Assembly (NCBI RefSeq): GCF_022045235.1
Contig: NW_027266330.1
Location: 19,530,001-19,594,000, forward strand
DNA from: Haliotis cracherodii
Lineage: Eukaryota
Direction: 5' to 3'
DNA length: 64,000 nt
Made by a program: the position numbers and the translations under genes. Shown piece after piece: positions 44,925-58,209 of the stretch; position 1 is the stretch's first letter, and every line of letters begins with the position of its first letter. The notes beneath the pieces were generated by a model that saw only the letters and a list, made by a program, of their open reading frames with translations, made no database searches and was not told the origin of the DNA.

Positions 44925-47900
44925 GTAAGTACAAAATCCGTCAAAATTATTAATGTTATATTTTATTTGCTGTAAGTATACGCGGTCTATATTGATCAAT
45001 GTTACTGTCTATGACTCACAAAATCAATTTTAAATCTTACGAATGTCATAATTCGTTTAAAATGTATAAAAAGATTATTTTTGAAATATTACAAATATTT
45101 TTCAACTATTATAGGAGTAATGTTCAGTGTGTCTGTCACCGTTGAAAATATCATGCCTGAAAACATTGATTATGTAGGTAATTTCTACTTTTTAATTAAT
45201 TGTCGTTAAAGCAATATTTTTAATAAATGTCCCACTGCTATAGAACCTGTTGTATCAGAGTCGTTATGCCGCAGAGAAACAGACACCTGTCGAGCAATAA
45301 AATTACATTCCGTTAAGCCTCGTTACAACACCGTTAGCTGGTAATTGCATTACCATCAGGCTAAGCGATAAGTCACATGCTTGGCTGTCAGAATCTCTAT
45401 CATGTGAAATTAACGGTAAACTGTAAATTGACCACGGGGCGTATAACACAAATTTACCATAGCCGCCATTGAACTGGCCATGTGGGTTGTTTGCCCTTCT
45501 CAATGACACGCCTGCCTCAAACCGTGGTATGGATTTTAAATCATCGGTACTTTGCAAAATATTTCGCAATAATATAATGTATAAAAATATCAAACATTTC
45601 TTTTTATAAACGTTTTTTTTCGCCTTTCAAATCTTTAACAATTCTATGAAATATTCGACTTCCCCTGTAAGGTCATAACATGTTACATTCTATAGCTTTT
45701 GTGGAAATAAATGTTCGAATGTATAAATGTGATATTTTTTCTTTCAGTCTTCTTTATCTCGGGACGAGATTGACGGTGAGTGCCCTGTACATGTGTTTGT
45801 GGAGTACTAGATCTTGTATATGTGGATACCATGTACCACGTGGGTGGAGGTATTGTGAGGTGTTGTGGTAACCTCTGGTGACAGGTAAGGCAAAGCTCGG
45901 CAACATGTGCTTTAGAAAACCAAACTTAGGATATGTTTAAGAAGTAAGTTCAATTTTATGGATACTCGACCTAGTATTGGCCAAAAAACAAATTAAACTG
46001 ATAAATATGAACTCAAAAGGCGCCATTGTTCCGAATAACGGTAGAATAACACCGTTTGGGGATAACCAAAATAGATAGGGTTATAACCAGGTTGAAGAAA
46101 GTCCAAATGCATTACAAAATACACAAAAAAATAAATTAAATAAAAATAAATTATGATTACATGAACAGCAAACATAACGATCAATACCCAGCAAACAATA
46201 CAATGTATATTTTGATTACACTGAAGACAAAAATATATTTGTCTACATGATTATATATGTCAGTCGTTCATGTTAAAGTTGTATCAATAATCGAATCCCT
46301 AATCCTTAGAATACAGAACAGCGGATCGACCTCTGTAGAGGATGTTACCAAATAACGGTTCGACGAGGGTACCGATTCCATATTTAGACTCTTGAAGGTC
46401 AAATATTTCCGTCCTCACATAATGAGGTATGCGGCCATTACGTATATTGAGAAACACAAGCCCAAAAATCCTTAAAAAAAGATTTATAGAAAACGAGGTT
46501 AATTAAAAAAAGGGCTGAAATGACGCTAATGGAACCATTATAAAGGTCAAAGTATTGGCAGGTAGCCGACCATGAGCCGATCTTGGAGGTAGGCTGAATT
46601 ACTAGCAGGTGATGGTTGTGCAGTGAACCTTTAGGACTGTTGCATGGAAGCATCCGGATTGCTTAGAATTTTATGTTATCAGAAACGGTTGTCTAATGTA
46701 ATTTTAGCCGCAAGTTAATTCAGACAAATAAAGTTTTACCAAAATTATTATGTGATTGAGCAATGGGGACCATGTCCCGTGTATGTAGCATGGCCATGGT
46801 GAATCGCGCTGGAAACTGCTGTGTTTGTAAACAGGAGTAATTGGCGTGAACCGAAGGACCCCCGAGAGTGCTTACATGCTTCCACATGAATGAATAAGAC
46901 ATATATAACGCGTTCTTGTCAGCCGCGTTAAGACACAGTGTGAGAAAATGTCGACGTCAGCCAAAAATAAACGGCGAGAGACGATTTCATTTGAAACCGG
47001 ATATCGTCTGCTCAAGGCCACGAGCTGTTAGCGCGCCCATCTCGCATGTGTGAAGGGAAGGATTAACTAATAGCTCTTAGATCGTTGCTTTCGAATGGAA
47101 ATTAGTCAAAAATTGTGTTGTGGAACTGAGCCATTTTTGACAAATAGTCTTTACACCACCCGCTCACCACACGAATTGCAGATTTCCGTAACTTTTTATC
47201 CCATGATGATAAAAGAAGGATTCTATGTATGCACGTTTGCTTGTCTGTCCCACAGTCCCTGAATCATATCATTGGCCCTTCCGCCCAGCCCTTGCCATAA
47301 CACATAACCCTAAATGAAGCAAGTTCAGATTTTCCACTGCTTCTGAATCTCCAATCTCACTGGGGCTTCTTTTTAAATTTAACTAGAGTTGTTATTATAT
47401 ATTTTCTGAGAGACTGGGCGTTGGTCCAGCACGTATACCAACGTACATCTCTTTGAAAACAGCTGTCTAAGGAGTGTGATCGTACATCTGCTGCTTTTGG
47501 TCTATGTATAGATGCACTCATTGTGTTTATAGGAAGAGACAATAAGAACATATTCATGTTAACGAGGTGACGAGCAAACGCTTTTATATAAAAAACCACG
47601 AGACAACTACACTGCCCTATCCTCAACTTAAGCAGGCATTTGGTTAAACAGGTTTTACGATTAGACAAGTATTTTTTAGACAGTGTTTTTATTAGTGAGT
47701 AAGTGAGTATGGTTTTACGCCGCTTTTAGCAATATTCCAGATATATCACGGGGGGTGGGGGGGTGGAGACACCATTGTACCCATGTCGGGATTCGAACCC
47801 GGGTGTTCGGCGTGACGAGCGAACGCTTTAACCACTTGGCTACCCGACCGCCCCTGTGTTTATTAGAAAATGTATACTTCGTCAGGCACGCTGATCCAAA

Positions 47901-50900
47901 TGTCCAAACTAAACACATATTCATGATATTGGGTTTAGACCTCGGTAGATTAGTATTTGTTTACCTAACACAGGGGGCACTGCTTTTGGAAACAGAAGCA
48001 ATTGCACTTGCATAATCGTCGTAAAGCCGCGATTCCTTGTGGTTGAAAAATGCGTTTAAGAATCCTTTGACCGTGTTTGAATCCCGTATTGTCCTAGACT
48101 CACCCTGGTTGAGATTCTTGGTTTGTCAGCACCGTGCTCGTGGTTTTTCACCACTGTGGTAAACGTTGATGCGCCTCTTCGGGGTTTCTCCCACATTGAG
48201 ATGAAGCGCCATGGTAAACATGATATACATAGCCGAGTCAATGTCCAAAAGGAGTTAAACCGAACTTATTCCTCCAGGGTGTTTATTTCTTGCAAGGTGG
48301 TGTGCCTACATTTGATCAGTAAGTAAAGATCAGTAAAGAAATACAAGAAAGCAAGTTGAACAGACGCCTTGCGTAATTACGTACAGTATTTTTTATACTT
48401 TTGTGTTTTCGATTTTTGTCATGCGTATATATACGCTAACTACTCATAAAGATTTGGGTAATGGTGATACGCAGCATATCTGTAGTTTAGTTACAGACAA
48501 TATTTAACCTAGTCTATGCCTCACAATCCTAACTGTCTGAAGGAAATCCACTTCTGGAGATATTCTCAGAACATGGTTATTTGACTTCTAGAAGTTTATA
48601 ATTACCCGCGAAAGTGGCGAAATTAACGTTCATTCATTGCATTCAAGAAGAGCTATTTCTTCCACGCCAGAAACCTATGATCCTGGGTTCGAATCCCTGT
48701 TCGCCCCGAATATGTTTCTAGGTTTGTCAGCACCATACCCGTGCTCGTGGGTTACACCGAAGTGGTAAACGTCTGAGACCTGCATCACTTCGGGCTTTAA
48801 TCCCACATAAGTCTGACACTACGTGATAATACCAGAATACTGTTCAAAGCGGCGTTAAACCCATCTCACTCTCTCCCATGTACGTAATGTCTCGAAATAA
48901 AACGTGACACGTTAATGTAAATCGCGCTAAATACCAACTTCTAAGTTGGTTGGTTGGTTTGTTGTTTAACGCCGCAGTCAGCAATATCCCCGTTATATGA
49001 CGGCGGTCTGTAAATAATCGATCCTGGACCAGACAATCAGACAAGTCAGCGAGCCTGACCACCCAATCCCGTTAATTGCCTCTTACGACAAGCATAGTCG
49101 TCTTTTACGGCAAGCAAGGGTTGCTGAAGACCTATTCTATCCCGGATCTTCATGGGTCCCAACTTCTAAGGAATTATATAATCGACATAGTTAATAGCAA
49201 AGAAGGCGATACCGATTTACAAGTATCGCAATTTCGTGTGACTTCATAAACAAAGTCACGTGTAAATACTCTCGGGAATCAAGACTTCATAGTTCACGCA
49301 ATTTTTAACTAGTACTCATTCTCTCCATTAATCATACACCTCTCACCCCTTCTTTCATCTTCAGACAGAGAAACGCTGAAGTCGTCTTGAAATAGGTCAG
49401 TTATCCAGATTAACTAATTATTACATTCGTACGTCAGATCTTTTCGCCCAAATTTGCAGGTTTGCAGGCTACTTTTCCTTTTTGCAAAATTTCCCTTCTA
49501 AGGCACCTCAATTTGTTGTGTATGCTAAATTTGTACCAGAATCCTTGAATCGTACTTGAATCGTGCATTATGTCACATTTGCCCAAATTGTTATTCGTTG
49601 TTTGTGATTCGGACCCATTCACCTCATTAAGCATCCAGACCGTGGTCTGGTGGGCAGAGCGTCTGCCCGGAGAAGGGATGTCGGGGATTCGAACCTATTC
49701 ACCTCATTAAGCATCCAGACCGCCTCCGTGATCTAGTGGGCAGAGCGTCTGCCCGGAGAGCGGATGTCGGGGATTCGAACCTATTCACCTCATTAAGCAT
49801 CCAGACCGCCTCCGTGATCTAGTGGACAGAGCGTCTGCCCGGAGAGCGGATGTCGGGGATTCGAACCCATTCACCTCATTAAGTATTCAGACCGTCTCCG
49901 TGGTCTGATGTGCAGAGCGTCTGCCCGGAGAGCGGATGTCGAGGGTTCGATCTCCGGCCGCGTCATACCAAAAGTATTCCTCTTGAAATAGGTCAGCCAC
50001 CATATGCGCTCCAACCTCCCAACCTTTGAACTTTAGGCGATATTCGAGATAAGACAGTTGCACATGCGCCCCGGCTGAAGCAAATACCTGTCCATATCGG
50101 TGAGGATTATTTATACATAGATAGGCGCGAGCTACAGTACTGCCAAGATAAAGGTTCTTTGTGTTTAGATGTTTGTGTTTGAGTTACATGATAGTTCTGT
50201 TTCGCTTAACAAGATGATGATAGCAGGGCAATGATAGCATTGAGTATGACTTATATATCCATAAACGTAAGACTAGCATGGCTGTTTGCAAAGAAATATT
50301 TTAATTGTTTGACAGGCATTACTAAGAAGTTGAAGGATGACACAGTAGACACAATGTATGGATAACAACTTCTTTAATACTGTAAAGGCGACGTTTGATC
50401 CTTATACCGTTGTCAAGAAAGACTTGCCAACGGTATAAGGATCTATACTGAAACGCCGCCTTTACAGTATTAAAGAAGTTGTTATCCATAAATTGTGTCT
50501 TCTTTGTAAAGAGATATTTCTCAATTAGTAATCAATCAATTAAAATAATTCTCGTCGAATTGAATTTTTTTTCAAACTTTTTGAAATATGAGGAGGATTA
50601 TTCTTTAGTTCAAAAGATCAGGCAATGAAAACATTTGTCGCACACCGGTAACTTTAGGCCACGCCCCCAAATAGGTTTGTTATAGAAGCCAATTACGGAG
50701 TGTGTAATTTCAGCACTTTCAGTTGGATACTTTCTACGAATGGCATGAAATTGTCTTAATGTACCTAGGACAATTGATAATCGCAAGACAATCGCAATAT
50801 CAAAATGTCGTTTTGAGTTTAGACACATGTACCAGGAGTAAATGGCTTCATTCAATAATTGTTTTTAATTGTCAGTTCGAATGAGGGAGTTGGGTTGTAC

Positions 50901-53900
50901 GACACTTTCAGCGATATCCCCGCAATATCACGGCGGGCACACGGCTTTACACATTATACCCACTTCTGCTCCTGCTCTTATAAATAAAGTGTTTGTCATG
51001 AAACAACAGAAAATTGACAAGCCATGTCCAGGCCTATATAATGTTTGTGCGAGTTTCATGATTGCACATCACACCAATAATACGTAACGTTTAAATGTGC
51101 GAAAACCTCTTTTAATATTCTCAAAACAGGTTTATTCTCTATACAGGTAATAACATTTGACATATATTTCACTTACTTTACCCTTGTATTGCATGTGGTG
51201 TGAATACAATTTCACATGTATATACACAAGTCTCTCATTACTCGTACAGTGAGTGAGTGAGTATGGTTTTACGCCGCTTTTAGCAATGTTCCAGCAATCA
51301 AGGCGGGGGAACCAGAAATGGGGTTCAAGCATTATACCCATGTGGGGAATCGAACCCGGGCCATCGGCGTGACGAGCGAACGCTTTAACCACTAGGCTAC
51401 CCCACCGACCCTTACTCTTGCAGAGTGGCTCGTGTAAAATTGTATCATACAATTGTATTCTTGTGTATTCTTATGTACTTATGTACTGTGGTCATCGGTT
51501 TTCAATGACAGATTTGGATAGGGTCGCTTAATCAACAACCTACATGAAACAAGGGCCCGATGGATGATTGTCTGGCTTATCTATATAACTTATGTAACTT
51601 TGTTTTGCAGATTGTACAGAGGTGTTTGACTTGTTTGATTTCTGGGACGGTAGAGACGGCGATGTAGACGCAGCCAAAACCGGCGATATGTTGTACTGTC
51701 TCGGGCTGAACCCCACACAAACCACCATCAAAGGCAACGGCGGTGTCGATAAGTTCGGTGGGTATACAAACACTGGCCGAATGTGTGTTTGTTTGTTTGT
51801 TTGTTTGTTGTTTAACGCCGAACTCAGCAGTATTCCAGCTATATGACGATTGTCTGTAAATAAACGAGTCTGGACCAGATAGTCCAGTGATAGATGAGCA
51901 TCGATACACGCAATAGGGATGCGATGACATGCATCAACCAAGTCAGCGAGCCTGACCATCTGATCCCGTTAGTCTCCTCTTACGACAAGCACAGTCGCCT
52001 TTTACGACAAGCATGGGTTGCTGAAGACCTATTCTAACCCGGATGTTCACGGGTCGGTTATCTCACTGAGTTGGCAACACTGATTTCAGAAGGAGATGAC
52101 ATTCTTCGCAAACATCTGCCATGATGTTGTTGTCAAAGGTTTTAAAACAGGGGGAGGGGAGTTGTACAAACAACTGTATCGGTACTGAATATTACAATAT
52201 AGATCCAACGATACATTGTATGTTATTTTGAGTGTATGAACTATATAGTAGTAAATTTAGAAATATAGCCCATGTACATATTATTAATATAGACTTAGCA
52301 AATATTCCCATATTGAGAATCGAACCTTGGTCGTCTTCGTTACGAGCGTTTTTTGAACACCTCACCGCCTCCTCCATATACCACATTCGACTCAATTAAC
52401 AGAAAACAGGGAAATCCCTTACTTTTAATTGATTATACTTTTAAGTGTGCATCTATTAGTTCAGTAGGATACAATAGAGCCTTTCGATCAATGGCTGCAA
52501 GACAAACTTCACACTGAAAGAAGCTTTAACTCTTTTTTCATAACACGTTTTTGGGGCATCCATTAATTTGATTTGCTTGGAAAAGCCAGAGGCAGAATGT
52601 CAGATGACCTCTCCCTTTTGATATTCAGCGACACGTATAAAACTTACCTGGACCCCTTGTCACTCGCATCTCCCTTGTCACTTCGCCGTTCTAACTGTTA
52701 CGTCTACAAAAACACATTCAATCTGAACTCCTGGAATATCCAGGTTTTGACTTTTAACAGCACTCTTTGATTGTATTTTTGTTTGTGATTAAACACCATT
52801 AGGGACTAAAACGTAATTTTCTTTTCAGGTGAAAAATCCTATCAATTAGAAGAATTCCTCACAATTTACGAAGCATGCGCGAAAATACAGGACACCGGAA
52901 CGTTTGCTGACTTCATGGAGGCCTTCAAAACTTTCGACAGGGAAGGACAAGGTTTCATTTCATCCGCCGAGTTAAGACACGTGTTGATGTCACTGGGTAC
53001 GGCGTCTTGAATACAACTTGAGTGAGTGAGTGAGTGAGTGTGGTGTTGTTTTACGCCGTTAACAGCAATATTGCAACTACCTCACGGCCTGCTAATATGA
53101 TATCACTGGTAGACAAGTTGGTGATAGTCTCTTGGAGACCCTGCAACCAACATATCCGAAAATTACCAAGCAAGTCAGGATCCGTTGATCGTGATTCTGA
53201 TTCTGATCTTTGGTATGTCAGTATTATACTCACCTTCCCGAGGCAAGGGCGTTAACTGACTATAAAAGTCCAGTATCCACCCTTGCCGAACAAGGCTGGG
53301 TTAAGGTAGTAACATTTTGGCTGGACTAACGAGTCTATGCATAGTCCAATCAAAATCGCGTAACGAACGACATAGATTTCAACTTGCAGATTTCGGTCGA
53401 CTGCAGGATTTGTAAAGCATGTGTCCTGCCAATAGTCCGATGCCGTGATTATCGATCAGTTCGACTTGACATGACGCCGCCGATTTGTTTGAAGCAAAAA
53501 TGAGGGACATAGAAGGGGCATAACTCGTCATAGCCACAGGTGGCGCTACGATCGAGCCTGGAAATTCCAGCCTATTTGGCAAGGGTGGAAACTGGACGTG
53601 TTTAGTCAGTTAACGCCCTTGCATCGGGAAGATGTATTATACTTGGCTTTTTAGTTTCATGTATAATACTGACAAACCAAAGATAATAATCATAATCATA
53701 CTATACTTGGCTCATTTGTAACAAACCGCCTCCGTGGTCTAGTGGTAGAGCGTCTGCCCCGCGAGCGGAAGGTCCGGTTTTCGATCCCCAGACGCGTCAT
53801 ACCAAAAGGCGTGAAAAGATAGAACTTAATGTTCCCCTTTCTGGCGCTCGGCATTAAGGGGCTAATACAAGGACTGGTCGGCTCGGAGTCAGTTTTCTGT

Positions 53901-53997
53901 GTCTGAGTGGGGTATTCATGTTAAACTAGGCTTGGTACGTGTATCTCAGTGGGCTAGCACTATAAAATCGGCATTGGTCCGGACTTGTATGAGCGGC

Positions 53998-54030
<33 letters not shown>

Positions 54031-56706
54031 ATGCACGTGGCTACATAAGTGCAATTATCTTAGACGCGACGTTAAACCCCATTTCACCTCACGTCATCTA
54101 ATTAGTTTCACGTATTAAGCGTCCTTGACCTACGTCCTTCCTCCAACGACATATAGTGAGTGAGTAAGTGAGTTTGGTTTAACGCCGCTTTTAACAGTAT
54201 TCCAGTTATATCACGGCGTGTCAGCTTGATGTGGGAGGAAAGCCCGAAGTAATGCAGGTCTCAGACGTGTACCACTTCGGTGAAACCCACGAGCACGGGT
54301 ATGCTGACAAACCTAGAAACATAATTGGGGCGAATCGGGATTCGAAACCACAATCATAGGTTTCTGGCGTGCCCAAGGGACGCAACTCTGCGCAGCGAAT
54401 CGCCCTTTGACGACTGGGCCACCCGTGCCCCCTCCAACGACATATAGCTTTCCTCCCACGTCTTGCTGAAATGCCGTGATATACAACTCTTTAAGCACAT
54501 TCTCCGCGTTTTGGTGGCGGACACTTCGTACAGATACATTCAGACACATTGTAAGTAACAGTACAAGTTGTTAAAGATAGTTGGAAGTTTACACGGTGAA
54601 TGGTTTGTGAGTGAGTTGGGTTTAACGCCACTTTGTGCGGTATTCATTCCTATCACGGCGTGAATGGTTTCTGAAATAGGATTTACTCATGCAGTGTCTC
54701 ACGTGTTAGTGTGTTTCTGTTTGCAGGTGACAGACTGAAGGACGCTCAGGTTGACGATATCATTAAGTGTGTGGACTTGAGAGAAGATCTTGAAGGAAAT
54801 GTCAAATATGAAGGTAAGAAAATACTAGATTCTATCACTAAAGGCCTCAAACAAATACAACAGAAACCGCCCTTGACACAAATCGGTAATTAACAGTTCA
54901 TTCAAAACTTGTTATGCAGTGATGATAAACTACGCTTTTCTATTAACGTAGGATCTTTGTAATTTGTGTTTTATTTATAATCAGCTACTCTTAAATTGCC
55001 TCTAGTTTTGTTTTGAATTAACGATTAATTTTAGTACCTATTATTTTTACGATTCCAGCCAAGACCTACTATTTTAACGAATCATGCAACGGCTTGCTAT
55101 TCATTCCACCAACTGCTAGTTGTTTTAACGATTCCATCCACGGCCTCCTATTTTAACTCTTTATCCACGGCCTCCTATTTTAACTCTTTATCCACGATCT
55201 ACTATTTTAACTCTTTATCCACGATCTACTATTTTAACGATTCCATCCACGGCCTACTATTTTAACTCTTAATCCACGGCCTACAATTTTAACTCTTTAT
55301 CCACGGCCTCCTATTTTAACTCTTTATCCACGATCTACTATTTTAACGATTCCATCCACGGCCTACTATTTCAACTGTTAATCCACGGCCTACTATTTTA
55401 AATCTTAATCCAGGGCCTCCTATTTTAACGATTCCAACCAGTGCCTACTATTTTACTGATTACCTCCACGATCTACTATTTGAATGATTCCATCCACGGC
55501 CTACTATTTGAACGATTCCGAATCCATCCACGGCCTCCTATTTGAAGATTCCATTCGTTGCCTACAATTTGAACAATTCCATCCACGGCCTCCTATTTGA
55601 ACGATTCCATCCACGGCCTCTTTTTTGAACGATTCCAACCACGGCCTACTATTTCAATGATTTCACCATCCACGGCCTACTATTTGAATGAGTCCATCCA
55701 CAGCCTACTATTTGAATGATTCCATCCACGGCCTACTATTTGAACGATTCCAACCATGGCCTACTATTTGAACGATTTCCTACACGGCCTACTATTTGAA
55801 TGATTCCATCCACGGCCTACTATTTTAGCGATTCCACCCACGGCCTACTATTTGAATGATTTCATCCACAGCCTACTATTTGAATGATTCCATCCACGGC
55901 CTACTATTTGAACGATTCCAACCATGGCCTACTATTTGAACGATTTCCTCCACGGCCTACTATTTGAACGATTCCATCCATGGCCTACTATTTGAAAGAT
56001 TCCATCCACGGCCTTCTGTATTTACGATTCATTTCACGGTCTACTGTTAAGTGAATTATTTAATGACAGGCTCAGACGTAATACCCCATACTAGAGATAT
56101 AAATGCTAAAATGTTAGTCAGTTAGTACACATGTATACTTAAATATAAATTGTCAATGCAAAAGAATAACCAATTTAGTTTATCCTTAGAAACAGATTTC
56201 ATTTATGGAAAAGGGCAAAATAGCTATGAATATTATTTCTGGTGTCCCCCGCCGTGATATTGTTGGAATTTTGCTAAAAGCGGCGTAAAACCAAACTCAA
56301 TCACTAACTCACTCCATGTTAAAGGCCACTGATAAACCTCGACCCGTGAAGGTCCGGGGTAGAATAGGTCTCCAGCAACCCATGCGTGCTGTAAAAGGCG
56401 ACTATGCTTGTCGTAAGAGGCGACTGACGGGATCAGGTGGTCAGGCTCTGACTTCATTGATGCATGTTATCGTATCCAAATTGCGTGGATCTATGCTCAT
56501 GATATCAATCACTGGATTGTCAGGTCCAGACTCGATTTGTTTACAGACCGCCGTCATATAGCTGGAATATTGCTGAGAGCGGCGTTAAACAACAAGCAAA
56601 GATAAACCTTGACCAGGGACGTCATGTAGTGATGGCGGTTTCTATTGTTCTTTCAGATTTCATTACCAAAGTGATGGCTGGACCTTACCCAGACAAGGAC
56701 AAATAA
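44922..56706 (+). CDS. ELC: Myosin essential light chain (molluscan type), 160 aa; join(44922-44924,45748-45775,51611-51757,52829-52996,54727-54813,56657-56706)
   Basis: All GT-AG introns with compatible phases give MSSLSRDEIDDCTEVFDLFDFWDGRDGDVDAAKTGDMLYCLGLNP...GEKSYQLEEFL...[37 protein letters not shown]...[25 protein letters not shown], collinear with scallop ELC. Confidence 0.95.
45748..45775 (+). CDS. ELC: ELC exon 2 (28 nt, SSLSRDEID)
   Basis: ttttctttcag|...g|gtgagt; matches the ELC N-terminus LS.DEID. Confidence 0.9.
47695..47854 (-). mobile_element. SINE family A (intronic)
   Basis: Matches family A. Confidence 0.88.
48663..48872 (+). mobile_element. SINE family B, 5'-truncated
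   Basis: Matches the family B body and tail. Confidence 0.85.
48946..49158 (-). mobile_element. SINE family D (non-tRNA head, (CAAA/CAAC)n tail)
   Basis: 12-bp TSD ccaacttctaag; homologous to 56341-56600. Confidence 0.88.
49617..49975 (+). repeat. Tandem array of four SINE-C heads (80-86-bp unit)
   Basis: Units start at 49617, 49697, 49783 and 49869, each with A-box and B-box-like sequence. Confidence 0.88.
50347..50500. repeat. 154-bp near-perfect palindrome (hairpin/MITE)
   Basis: agacacaatgtatggataacaacttctttaatactgtaaaggcg... pairs with ...cgcctttacagtattaaagaagttgttatccataaattgtgtct; 5-nt loop, one 7-nt bulge. Confidence 0.9.
51249..51411 (-). mobile_element. SINE family A
   Basis: Matches family A. 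Confidence 0.88.
51611..51757 (+). CDS. ELC: ELC exon 3 (EF-hand I, DFWDGRDG)
   Basis: ttttgcag|...g|gtgggt. Confidence 0.95.
51787..52054 (-). mobile_element. SINE family D
   Basis: Reverse complement of 56341-56600. Confidence 0.88.
52829..52996 (+). CDS. ELC: ELC exon 4
   Basis: ttttcag|GEKSY...[13 protein letters not shown]...MSL|gtacgg. Confidence 0.95.
53192..53700. mobile_element. MITE with long imperfect TIRs
   Basis: cttcccgaggcaagggcgttaactgact...cccttgcc (53235-53300) is inverted at 53567-53631; the outer tctttgg.tgtcagtattatac is also inverted. Confidence 0.75.
53725..54092 (+). mobile_element. SINE family C, full length with (CA)n
   Basis: Matches 7462 and 28943. Confidence 0.88.
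54157..54430 (-). mobile_element. SINE family B
   Basis: TSD cctccaacgacatatag on both sides. Confidence 0.92.
54727..54813 (+). CDS. ELC: ELC exon 5
   Basis: tttgcag|GDRLKDAQVDDII...GNVKYE|gtaaga. Confidence 0.95.
55040..56045. repeat. 25-28-bp minisatellite in ELC intron 5
   Basis: Unit ccatccacggcctactatttgaacgatt. Confidence 0.93.
56341..56600 (+). mobile_element. SINE family D, full length
   Basis: acccgtgaaggtccgggg...tgcttgtcgtaagaggcgact...gcggcgttaaacaac; TSD gataaacct(c/t). Confidence 0.9.
56657..56706 (+). CDS. ELC: ELC exon 6 (terminal coding)
   Basis: ctttcag|[16 protein letters not shown]; candidate polyA signal ATTAAA at 57195-57200. Confidence 0.93.
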
Positions 56707-57273
56707 AGAGTTCAACACAAAACTAATATGATGCGCCAATCAGAGTCAATCATCAACCAATTGTATCGTTTGTATAGATTATCCAAGGTGAAGGTCCTTT
56801 GAGAAGCTGCTGCCGGAAGTTGCCCATCTCGGGACCTGAAGCGACACCTAGCGAACGAATTAGTCATAGACCAACGAACATCTAGTGCACAGTATTTGAA
56901 TTTCGCCGCCTTTTCATGGAGAAGCACCGTTCACGATGATTTCGTAATACCTACCTCGTAGGGAATATTTGCCGTGTGACAATTTTTCTATTCATTTGTG
57001 CAATATTTTTTTCAGAAACCGGTTCCGGTATGTGTTTTCCATGAGAAACCGGTTTCGGTGCCCGTTTTTCATGGGAACGATCTGATTCTTTCACATAAAC
57101 AGTGAATTCATCAACAATGTAGACACAAAATGAACTTCTACGTGGGTATCCTGCCTATAACCTCGACGGTGTGTATAGTGAAATAAGTCCCCCAATTAAA
57201 GATTTTTCACTCAAGAAATCAACAGCGTTTGTCGTGTCTCAACACTTAAATTGTGGGCATGCTAACAGCGGTC

Positions 57274-57440
57274 GGGCGGTCGGGTAGCCTAGTGGCTAAA
57301 GCGTTCGCTCGTCACGCCGAAGACCCGGGTTCGATTCCGGACAAGGCACAGTGTGTGAAGCCCATATCTGGTGTTCCCAGCCGTGATATTGCTGGAATAT
57401 TGCTAAAACCGGCGTAAAACCATACTCACTCACTCACCCA
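57274..57440 (+). mobile_element. SINE family A
   Basis: TSD ctaa(c/t)agcggtc. Confidence 0.9.
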
Positions 57441-57649
57441 CTAATAGCGGTCACAGACATTTGCCGCAATATTGAGTTGGGTGAGTGAGTTAGATGATAT
57501 CGTTTAACACCGCTGTCAGCAATATTCCAGCTATATCACTGTGGCTTGTGAGTAGTTGCAACTGGACCAGGCAAACCGTGACTAACATGACTAACGGGTC
57601 AGCCACAAGGAGAGTCAGAATCTGCAGAGCAAAGAACAATATTTCAGTT

Positions 57650-57910
57650 ATATCAAACGGGATCGGGTGGTCAGACTCGCTGGGTAGAGAATAGGTCATC
57701 AGCAGCCCATGCTTGCCGCAAGAGGCGCTATGCTTTACGAAAGAGTCGACTAACGGGACCCCTGACGTGGTTGATGCATGTCATGGTATCCCAATTGCGT
57801 AGATCGATGCTCATGATGTCAATCACTGGATTGTCTGGTCCAGATTCGTTTATTTACAGACCTCGGTCATATAGCAGTAATATTGCTGAGCGTTAAACAA
57901 CAAACAAACA
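57650..57910 (+). mobile_element. SINE family D, rearranged
   Basis: Family D body and tail. Confidence 0.8.
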
Positions 57911-58209
57911 GTCAGATAAATCACATCATGCCTGCTGAGTGTGAGAGTAAGCTGAGAGTCGAAAAAGTTAAACACCGCTCACTATATATTTCCATATGAA
58001 ACAGTCTTTTATAAATCCTATCTTTTTTTGTTTTATGACAAAACACATTTATATTTGTTTACTAAGCGAAAAATCATTTTGAAAACCGAAATCGATTATC
58101 GATTATACCATGCCATGTTTGTAGCTGCTCTTCGGCAACAGATCCTGGTATTTGACCCCCCTGCTTCCTCTGATACTCTGCATCATGATTGGAACAAGTA
58201 CATCTGGAG

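Noticed and set aside
50316-50350. ITKKLKDDTVD as an alternative ELC N-terminal exon
   Set aside because: No phase-compatible donor and it overlaps the hairpin; 45748-45775 fits much better.
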